A stretch of 64,000 nt of DNA from Nitrospirota bacterium (GTDB lineage Bacteria; Nitrospirota; Thermodesulfovibrionia; UBA6902; JAJYJJ01): contig JAJYJJ010000005.1 of the NCBI GenBank assembly GCA_021789595.1, positions 44,495 to 108,494 on the forward strand, given 5' to 3'. Positions 39,201-46,572 of the stretch are shown piece by piece. The notes beneath the pieces are model-generated. The model searched no databases, was not told the DNA's origin, and saw only the letters and a list, made by a program, of their open reading frames with translations. The first letter of the stretch is position 1, and each line of letters begins with the position of its first letter. The position numbers and the translations under genes were made by a program.

Positions 39201-40367
39201 TTATGGTTTTATTATATCATATGCATAACATTTAATCGAATCCCTGCCAAGCGGGTCGCCATCTATATATGCCCTGAACCTGCAGCCACCCCTGCAATCT
39301 GCTTTATGTATACAATCACATTCAAGCTCATCGAGTTTAATCGGCCTTAACCTCTTCCAGCAGACCTCAAGCCCATCCTCTGCCGTACCAAGCGGCATAT
39401 CGCCAAAATAGCCGCATTTTGCCAACCTCCCATCGGCCAGCACAGCCATAAGATGGGCGCCGCAGGCATAGAGGACCGGGTTATCCCCATCCAGCTCATC
39501 AGGGTCGCTATGGAGACTGCTGCCAAAACCATAGCTGAGGTATCTGCCTGCAATATCAGGCGGAGGATTAAACTCGGTATTCTCCCTCAGGTTTCCCTGC
39601 ATACAGAGGGCATCAACACTCCAATCCTTTATCCCGAGTCTCCTGAACATCTCATCCATGGCGTCGAAATCATCGAGGTTCCTGGAATGGATGATTGTGG
39701 CAACCGATACTTCTATCCCCATAGCAAGTGCATCTATGAGGGCAGACATTGCCTTTTTAAAAGAACCTTTCCCCCTCAAGGAATCATGGGCATGCTCCAT
39801 GCCATCAATACTGATCTGTATCTCATTAACCCTGAGTCTTTTTAACGACTCCCTTGTAAGAAGGGTCCCATTGGTCAGAAGGACGCTTCTGAGGGCAAGG
39901 CCCGGGAGCATCTCATTAATCTCCCAGAATCCTGGATGCAGAATGGCCTCTCCACCTGAAATCAGGACCCTGAGCCCCTGCATGGCCTCAAATTCCTTCA
40001 AGACCTGCTTTATCGTATGCAGGGGCAGGTCTATGGCCTTTGCATCGCCGAGATAGCAGTGACTGCATCTGAGGTTGCATCGGTTTGTTATCAATAATTC
40101 AAGGTATCTCAGCGAGGGAGTTGGCGATTGTCTTAAGGGGGCTGTAAGCAGCTCAGGCCTTTCTGAAATGGCAAGGATGCCTTCATTAATGCAGTATTCT
40201 ATGAATTCCTTTTCTCCTTCACGAACATCTGCTTCGCCGCGGGAGCATTGCAAAAGGAATTCAAAGGCAGCATCATCAAGTTTATAAAGCTCATCAGTTC
40301 TTATATCGTAGAGACAGGGCCTTCCCAGGAGTTTCAAGACACATCCATTTCTCAGGGAATATTTCAT
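39201..40367 (-). CDS. radical SAM/SPASM enzyme with RRE(PqqD)-like N-terminus, putative peptide maturase
   Basis: CNLRCSHC, SGGE, TNG, QISIDG, HDSLRG; SPASM region CG...DG----C and CDC-x5-C-RGG-C...C; N-terminal about 65 aa strand/helix pattern resembles an RRE. Confidence 0.88.
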   Translation of the reverse strand: MKYSLRNGCVLKLLGRPCLYDIRTDELYKLDDAAFEFLLQCSRGEADVREGEKEFIEYCINEGILAISERPELLTAPLRQSPTPSLRYLELLITNRCNLRCSHCYLGDAKAIDLPLHTIKQVLKEFEAMQGLRVLISGGEAILHPGFWEINEMLPGLALRSVLLTNGTLLTRESLKRLRVNEIQISIDGMEHAHDSLRGKGSFKKAMSALIDALAMGIEVSVATIIHSRNLDDFDAMDEMFRRLGIKDWSVDALCMQGNLRENTEFNPPPDIAGRYLSYGFGSSLHSDPDELDGDNPVLYACGAHLMAVLADGRLAKCGYFGDMPLGTAEDGLEVCWKRLRPIKLDELECDCIHKADCRGGCRFRAYIDGDPLGRDSIKCYAYDIIKP

Positions 40368-40434
40368 GAATATATTTCGCTCTTAAGGCCCTGCTTACTA
40401 AGAATCTCATAATAATGAAGACAAACAATATGAA

Positions 40435-40505
40435 AATTCCTCCTTACCTCCCTTTGGCAAATGGAGGAATCCCCCCTCTTTGGAAAAGAGGGGCGAGGGG
40501 AGATT
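40435..40505. repeat. REP-like composite palindrome
   Basis: Two hairpins, ctccctttggcaaatggag and cccctctttggaaaagagggg, inside imperfect inverted ends. Confidence 0.6.
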
Positions 40506-40547
40506 CTTGAATAAGATGTCCGCACTATTTTGAGAACCTTGATTATA

Positions 40548-40633
40548 TGGCGGAGGGGGTAGGATTCGAACCCACGGGACTTTCGCCCTGCGGTTTTCAA
40601 GACCGCCGCCATCGACCACTCGGCCACCCCTCC
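40548..40633 (-). tRNA. tRNA-Ser (anticodon UGA)
   Basis: GGAGGGG acceptor stem, TGGCCGAGTGG D-arm, CT-TGA-AA loop, long variable arm GGGCGAAAGTCC, GTTCGAATC, encoded CCA. Confidence 0.97.
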
Positions 40634-40780
40634 ACGATTGTTAATTATACAAAACAGCATCGTTGTTTTTCCACAAATAGTAGTAATTTAAGTTAGGGGC
40701 GTCTCCTGCCTGTTGCAGTAGTATCATCTCTTGATTTATGATAAGATTGCTATGAAAAGTTTTTTGTTAGGAGGTCGGGA

Positions 40781-41839
40781 TTGGAAAATATATCACCAAT
40801 CGTGATGCATCTTAAAGAGATACTTGCTGAAAACCCTGCACTGAGTGTATTCCTCGATGCCGTAAAAGAATTCGGAGATATAATTGAACCCGAAAACCTC
40901 TTTCAGCAGATACTGAAGATATGCATCAGGATATTCAAGGCAGAGGGGGGCTCTGTGATGCTACTTACAGGGGACAAGCAGGAACTGGTTATAAAGAGCG
41001 CTGAAGGACTTAGAGCCGACATAGTCGGTCAGGCGAGGATAAAATTTGGCGAGGGTATTGCCGGCTGGGTAGCCAAAGAGATCGAACCGCTTTTAATTAT
41101 TGGAGAAAATACTGATACAAGATTCCGGTCCCTGAAGGATAAAAACAGGATAATAAGGGATTCCATAATATCGCCCATCACCATAGGGCAAAGGGTCTAT
41201 GGCGTTATAAGTCTGAACAATAAGATAGGTGGGATGTTCACAAACAGAGACAAGGAACTGCTTGCTGTAATTGCAACCGTTGCTGCTATGGCCATTGAAA
41301 AGATAGAGCTATCAAAAAGGGCTGCATTACAGCTCAGGGAATTAGACATAACAAATGATATAACCAGAAGCCTGGACTCATTGATAGAAAAGGATGTCTA
41401 CCGTGCCATTATCGAAATCCTGAAAAGGCGTATAACATTCTCACTCTTATCTATGCTCTTCATCAATGACAGGGTTATAAAGATAACACCGCTTGAGCCA
41501 ATAGATGACACATTTATTGAAGAGATGGCTGCGCAGGTGTGCAAAACTGCCAGCATCCTGAGCCGTGAGGAGATGAAGGCATCCCAGATGAGGCTTCAGG
41601 TAGAAAGCGATTTCCCGCCCTTTAAACTCAAGGAGCCCTGCCATGTCGGCTCCTTCTTGGACATGCCGCTTTCAAGCAGGGCAAAGGTCTTTGGCGTCCT
41701 TTATATTGGAAGCACTGTGGAGAATGCCTTTACAGAGGACAATCTCAGGTTCTTCACAATAGTAGCAGAACAGGCAGGTATATTCCTCGGCAATGCAAGG
41801 CGATACGCAGAGGCCATAGAAAAATTAAACCTCCCTTAG
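40781..41839 (+). CDS. tandem-GAF-domain protein without output domain
   Basis: GEGIAGWVA, GVISLNNK, FT--D-ELL; second GAF GVLYIGS...FTEDNLRFF; RBS AGGAGG before a TTG start. Confidence 0.8.
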   Translation: MENISPIVMHLKEILAENPALSVFLDAVKEFGDIIEPENLFQQILKICIRIFKAEGGSVMLLTGDKQELVIKSAEGLRADIVGQARIKFGEGIAGWVAKEIEPLLIIGENTDTRFRSLKDKNRIIRDSIISPITIGQRVYGVISLNNKIGGMFTNRDKELLAVIATVAAMAIEKIELSKRAALQLRELDITNDITRSLDSLIEKDVYRAIIEILKRRITFSLLSMLFINDRVIKITPLEPIDDTFIEEMAAQVCKTASILSREEMKASQMRLQVESDFPPFKLKEPCHVGSFLDMPLSSRAKVFGVLYIGSTVENAFTEDNLRFFTIVAEQAGIFLGNARRYAEAIEKLNLP

Positions 41840-41843
41840 AGAA

Positions 41844-42827
41844 GTGAAAAAGAAGATAGCCATTACACAGGGTGATATGCAGGGCATCGGCCCTGAGGTC
41901 ATTGTCAAGGCCATTTATCATACAGAGATAAGGGATTGCTGCATCCCTTTTGTTATAGGCGATATCGATGTAATGGCCGAAGCTGTGAGGCTTACAGGAC
42001 TGCCTATAAACATCAGAGAGATTAAATCCCCTGAGGAGGCAAAGGCAGACAGTATTGATGTAATGCATATAATATATCCACAGTCAAAGGGCAGGTTTCT
42101 TAAGGATGCCGTGCCTACCCAGGAGGCAGGCTATGCAGTTGCAGCATATATAAAGAAGGCTGTCAGGGTTGCCATGGAAAAGAAAGTGGATGCCATAGTC
42201 ACCGCCCCGATCTCAAAAGAATCCCTGAGGCTTGCAGGCTATCCATGGCCAGGGCATACCGAACTATTAGCCGAGCTGACCGGTGTAAAGGACTATGCCA
42301 TGATGTTTGTTGGAGGCCGCTTAAGGGTAATCCTTGTGACAATACATACTGCATTGAGAAATGTCCCTGCTCTTATCACAAAGGATGCTGTGCTTAAGAC
42401 AATCCGCCTTGCCAGAAGGGCATGTGATATGATGGGTATTGGAAGGCAAAGGATTGCTGTCTCAGGATTAAATCCTCATGCAGGGGAGGCAGGGCTTTTT
42501 GGCGATGAAGAGATAAGGGAGATAACCCCTGCCATAGAGGAGGCAAAGAAAGAAGGCATTAATGTCTCTGGCCCCTATCCTCCTGATATAGTATTCCACA
42601 AGGCATACAGGAAAGAGGTTGATATAATAGTTTCCATGTATCATGATCAGGGGCTTATACCACTAAAGATGATTGCCTTTGATAAAGGGGTGAATGTCAC
42701 CGTCGGACTGCCAATAATAAGGACATCCCCTGACCACGGCACAGCCTTTGACATCGCATGGAAAGGGATTGCCAGCCCATCAAGCATGATTGAGGCAATA
42801 AAGATGGCAGTGAAGCTGAGCAGCTAA
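41844..42827 (+). CDS. pdxA: 4-hydroxythreonine-4-phosphate dehydrogenase
   Basis: GIGPE, TAPISK, GHTE, GLNPHAGE, MYHDQG, RTSPDHGTAFDIA. Confidence 0.96.
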   Translation: MKKKIAITQGDMQGIGPEVIVKAIYHTEIRDCCIPFVIGDIDVMAEAVRLTGLPINIREIKSPEEAKADSIDVMHIIYPQSKGRFLKDAVPTQEAGYAVAAYIKKAVRVAMEKKVDAIVTAPISKESLRLAGYPWPGHTELLAELTGVKDYAMMFVGGRLRVILVTIHTALRNVPALITKDAVLKTIRLARRACDMMGIGRQRIAVSGLNPHAGEAGLFGDEEIREITPAIEEAKKEGINVSGPYPPDIVFHKAYRKEVDIIVSMYHDQGLIPLKMIAFDKGVNVTVGLPIIRTSPDHGTAFDIAWKGIASPSSMIEAIKMAVKLSS

Positions 42828-42839
42828 GGAACTACCTTC

Positions 42840-44159
42840 TTAAGCCTTGCAGGTGCCATCAAAATCAAAGGTAAAGGTACCCCAGCTCCTGCACTGAGGA
42901 CATCTGCCAAACCAGTTTTTTGTCTTAAAACCGCACCTTGAACAGCAGTATGGAACAACCACGATCTTTCTGAATCCCAGGGCCTTTTTGAATTCTTCAG
43001 CAGCCCTTGAGACCTGGTTCCACCTGAGGTATATATTCCCAATAAGCTTGTGGAGGGCAGGATATATAATTCCACCTGTATCGATTGCAGACAGGACATC
43101 ATAGGCATCATCTATCATCTCAAGTCTGTAATAGAGTTTTCCGAGGAAAAACTGCGGCCCTGGGTCCTTTGGATTTGCAGCTACAGCCTTCTGATAAAGC
43201 TCTATTATGCGGCCTGGCTCTCCGATACCTATGAAGAGGTCTTCAAGCCTTATAAGCGGTATAAGAGACGATGTCTGTTCAATGCCCTTCAAGAGTATGG
43301 AGATGCCCTCTTCTGTATCGCCCTCTCTCAGATATACCTCCGCAAGGCCAAGATATGCAGGGACGAAGTTTCTGTCAAGCCTCAGGGCTGTCCTGAATGC
43401 CTTTTTTGCCTGTTCAAACCTACCGCTTTCAAGGTTGTGCCTGCCATACTCATATTCGTATCCAACAAATTCTTTCTGCTCCTTGTTTTTTTCTGCTAAT
43501 GGAAGGCCGCTCTTTATAATCCTGTGCTGAATAGCAATTATATCTTCCCATCTTTCATTTTTCTCAAGTATCTGCCTCTTACGATAAAGGGCATAAAGAT
43601 TATTGCCGTCTATCTCAAGGATCCTGTCAAGGTTCCCTAATGCCTCCTGATAGCGACCTGCCTCTTCATAATCCCCTGCAAGTGAAAATAACACCTCAAC
43701 ATTCCTCGGTGCAGTCTCCTTCGCCTTCTTATGATATGAGACCGCCATTTCTGTAGCGCCCTGTTTCAGGGCAATATCGCCGAGCCTTATAAGGCTATCT
43801 ACATGGGAAGGCTCATCATCAAGGACACGGCTAAAACCCTCCTTTGCCTCGTTATACCGCATTGCAAGAAGATGCTGCATCCCCCTTGCATATATCTCCT
43901 GAAGTCTTGCATGCCTCTTCTGCTGCTTAAGGTTCTGCCAATTCTCTATATATCTCCTGACATCCCTCAATGCCACTACCAGGAACAGGGCAAATGCCCC
44001 GGCTGTGCTTGATATAAGAATAAGTGCAATCTCAGACACCTCATACACAGAGTTCGGTCCGAGCTTTACGATTACTGTTTCCTTATTAAGATAGGACAGG
44101 TAACCGAGGATTCCTGCAAAAACTATAAAGAGAAATATAACAAATTTATTCATAATCAA
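42840..44159 (-). CDS. LapB-like TPR protein with LapA-like N-terminal TM hairpin and C-terminal Zn ribbon
   Basis: Two N-terminal TMs, TPR repeats, CSRCG...W-GRCPQCRSWGT. Confidence 0.78.
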   Translation of the reverse strand: MIMNKFVIFLFIVFAGILGYLSYLNKETVIVKLGPNSVYEVSEIALILISSTAGAFALFLVVALRDVRRYIENWQNLKQQKRHARLQEIYARGMQHLLAMRYNEAKEGFSRVLDDEPSHVDSLIRLGDIALKQGATEMAVSYHKKAKETAPRNVEVLFSLAGDYEEAGRYQEALGNLDRILEIDGNNLYALYRKRQILEKNERWEDIIAIQHRIIKSGLPLAEKNKEQKEFVGYEYEYGRHNLESGRFEQAKKAFRTALRLDRNFVPAYLGLAEVYLREGDTEEGISILLKGIEQTSSLIPLIRLEDLFIGIGEPGRIIELYQKAVAANPKDPGPQFFLGKLYYRLEMIDDAYDVLSAIDTGGIIYPALHKLIGNIYLRWNQVSRAAEEFKKALGFRKIVVVPYCCSRCGFKTKNWFGRCPQCRSWGTFTFDFDGTCKA

Positions 44160-44602
44160 TGGTGATAGGGCTTACCCCTGATTATGGTAAATGCCCTGTA
44201 AAGCTGTTCAAGAAAGAAAAGCCGCGCCATCTCATGGGTCATGGTCATGCGGGAAAGGGAAATGGTCATCCCTGCCTTTCTCTTAACCTCATCCGATACA
44301 CCAAAGGCGCCGCCGAGGACAAAATCCACATCCTCTGCCTCCAGAGACCTTATAAGACCTGCAAACTCCATAGAGGTCTTCTCCTTTCCTGTCTCATCAA
44401 GGAGGATGTAATTGCTATGGCCCCTGAGTATTCTCTCGCCTTCCTTTTCCCTGAGCCTTTGTGCAGATACGAATGCCTTTTCACTGCCAAACTCTATAAT
44501 CTCAAGAGGGACATATGGATGTAAGAGCCTGAGATACTTTTTTATCCCCTCATTTAGATATGGCTCTTTTGTCCTTCCCACCCAGAGTATCCTTATCCTC
44601 AT
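44156..44602 (-). CDS. rlmH: 23S rRNA pseudouridine-1915 N3-methyltransferase
   Basis: LDETGK--TS, FVLGGAFG, SLSRMTMTHEMARL, EQLYRA, PYHH. Confidence 0.96.
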   Translation of the reverse strand: MRIRILWVGRTKEPYLNEGIKKYLRLLHPYVPLEIIEFGSEKAFVSAQRLREKEGERILRGHSNYILLDETGKEKTSMEFAGLIRSLEAEDVDFVLGGAFGVSDEVKRKAGMTISLSRMTMTHEMARLFFLEQLYRAFTIIRGKPYHH

Positions 44603-44957
44603 CTAAGGCAATCCTCGGTGCATCAAGCCAGAGTTTCTCAAGGCCATAGTATGCCCTTGTCTCCTCATCGAATATATGAACCACCACATCACCATAATCC
44701 ATGAGAACCCATCTTGCATACGGCAGACCTTCAATGCCTGATGGGTGAAGCCTCTTTTTAGAAAGCCTTTCATCTACGGCATCAGCTATGGCCTTAACCT
44801 GGGCGGAGCTTTCCCCTGAGCATATAACAAAATAATCGGCAATGATCGTTAAGTCCTTTAGCTCAATGACCTGGATGTCCTTTGCCTTTTTGTCCTGGGC
44901 AACCTCTGCTACAAACACGGCCTTATCCTTGCTCTTTAAGTGTATCCCTCCTTTCAT
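44550..44957 (-). CDS. rsfS: ribosome silencing factor
   Basis: DKKAKDI, DYFVICS, WVLMDYGDVVVHIF, R-YY-LEKLW. Confidence 0.95.
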   Translation of the reverse strand: MKGGIHLKSKDKAVFVAEVAQDKKAKDIQVIELKDLTIIADYFVICSGESSAQVKAIADAVDERLSKKRLHPSGIEGLPYARWVLMDYGDVVVHIFDEETRAYYGLEKLWLDAPRIALDEDKDTLGGKDKRAISK

Positions 44958-45643
44958 CTATATAGTCTATTGGCAATTATATAAGATTCAACATCCTCTG
45001 GCAAGAGATATTTTACACTTCTGCCCTCAGCTATTAGATTTCTTATCCTGCTTGCAGATATATCAAGGGCAGTTATCCTGAAAAGACAGATAGACCTGCC
45101 GCCTGAGGTTATTCCACAGATGCTGGTCGTATCGCCTTTATCAAGGTCGGCAAAGGATATATCCTTAATGTATGGCGATGCTTCCAACTCTCTAAACATA
45201 TGCGGCGGCCTTGAGATAACTATAAAATTTGTGCTGGATATCAGCTCCTCAGGCTCCCTCCAGTTTGGGACATCAAGAAAGGCATCTATACCGACAATAA
45301 AGAATATCTCTACATCTGGATAAAGCCTGCTAAATTCCCTGACCGTATCAATAGAATAGGAAGGGCCATTTCTTTTAATCTCTATGTCAGATACCTCAAA
45401 CGCAGGGTTTCCCCTTGCCGCAATCAGTGTCATTTCATATCTATGAATAGCATCTATAGGTTGCTGCGGCCCAGAAGTCCTGCTGTCATCTGACAACCCC
45501 AGGACATGTGCCTTATGCGGCGGCCTTGCCGATGGTATAAATACAATCCTATCAAGGCGAATGACCTCTCTTATCTCCTCTGCTGCCCTTAAATGGCCGT
45601 AGTGTATGGGATTAAATGTCCCTCCAAATATGCCTATCTTCAT
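44954..45643 (-). CDS. nadD: nicotinate-nucleotide adenylyltransferase
   Basis: GGTFNPIHYGH, PPHK, SYSIDT, ISASRIR. Confidence 0.96.
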   Translation of the reverse strand: MKIGIFGGTFNPIHYGHLRAAEEIREVIRLDRIVFIPSARPPHKAHVLGLSDDSRTSGPQQPIDAIHRYEMTLIAARGNPAFEVSDIEIKRNGPSYSIDTVREFSRLYPDVEIFFIVGIDAFLDVPNWREPEELISSTNFIVISRPPHMFRELEASPYIKDISFADLDKGDTTSICGITSGGRSICLFRITALDISASRIRNLIAEGRSVKYLLPEDVESYIIANRLYR

Positions 45644-45666
45644 ATTTTCATCTTACAGATGTTGCT

Positions 45667-46482
45667 TTATACCTCTGCAGCAGTATTGCCGGCCTGCTGT
45701 TTCAATATCCAGATTGTACCGAATTCCTTTTCCTGATAGACCCTTGCTATTCCGAGTTTAAGGATCTCAAGAAGGGCAAGGAATGTCACTATGAGTTGCG
45801 GCCTTGTCACATCCCCTTTAAAAAGGCCTTCAAAGCTGATACTCTTGGCATCTGAAAGACTTTCGAGTATAAAGGCAATCCTGTCCTTAACTGTCAGGAC
45901 CTCTCTCGTAATCTCGATAATCTCCTCAGGCGCCTTTTCAAGGAGCCTTTTAAAGGCGGCTATGAGGTCAAAGAGGCTCAGTTCAAATAGCATTGGCTCC
46001 TGCTCAAAGACGATGTCCGCTGCCTCTTCAGTCGCATACCTGTAGAAGATACCCTTCCACAGGTCTTCCCTCTCCCTGAAAAAGCCCGATGTCTCTTTAA
46101 ATGATTGGTACTCAAGGAGCCTCTGAACAAGCTCTGCCCTCGGGTCTGTCTCTGGTTCCTCCTGTGTCTCATCAACAGGCAAAAGCATCCTTGATTTTAT
46201 GTGGATGAGTGTTGCTGCCATGAGGAGGAACTCACCTGCAATGTCGAGGTCCAGATCCTTCATAAGGGCGAGGTATTCAAGATACTGCTCAGTAATTAAA
46301 GCAATGGGTATGTCATAGATATCTATCTTATTCTCTTTAATAAGATGAAGGAGCAGGTCGAGCGGGCCCTCAAATACAGGAAGTCTAATCCTGTAGGGAG
46401 ACTCTGCGGCCTCTGAAACTACTGAACCATATGTATCTTCTGTATCCTGACCAATGTCTTCTATATTGCTATTTATATCCAC
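45667..46482 (-). CDS. scpA: segregation and condensation protein A
   Basis: FEGPLDLLLHLI, AATLIHIKSRMLLP, DPRAELV, IVTFLALLE. Start uncertain; GTG 46482 chosen because a TATAAT lies in the upstream extension. Confidence 0.93.
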   Translation of the reverse strand: MDINSNIEDIGQDTEDTYGSVVSEAAESPYRIRLPVFEGPLDLLLHLIKENKIDIYDIPIALITEQYLEYLALMKDLDLDIAGEFLLMAATLIHIKSRMLLPVDETQEEPETDPRAELVQRLLEYQSFKETSGFFREREDLWKGIFYRYATEEAADIVFEQEPMLFELSLFDLIAAFKRLLEKAPEEIIEITREVLTVKDRIAFILESLSDAKSISFEGLFKGDVTRPQLIVTFLALLEILKLGIARVYQEKEFGTIWILKQQAGNTAAEV

Positions 46483-46572
46483 TGTTAGTCCGTTTGTTTT
46501 TTCTACAGTTTTAATTATAGCATACAACACTCATAGCACAAAAGCAGTCGAATGGTGTAGTATATTTTTTAG

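Noticed and set aside
40548-40633. Possible tRNA-Sec because of TGA and a long variable arm
   Set aside because: TGA is the anticodon (reads UCA, Ser); tRNA-Sec has anticodon UCA and an 8-bp acceptor stem.
40364-40660. 98-aa and 70-aa minus-strand ORFs as possible RiPP precursors
   Set aside because: They read through tRNA-Ser and the REP-like palindrome and lack an RBS.
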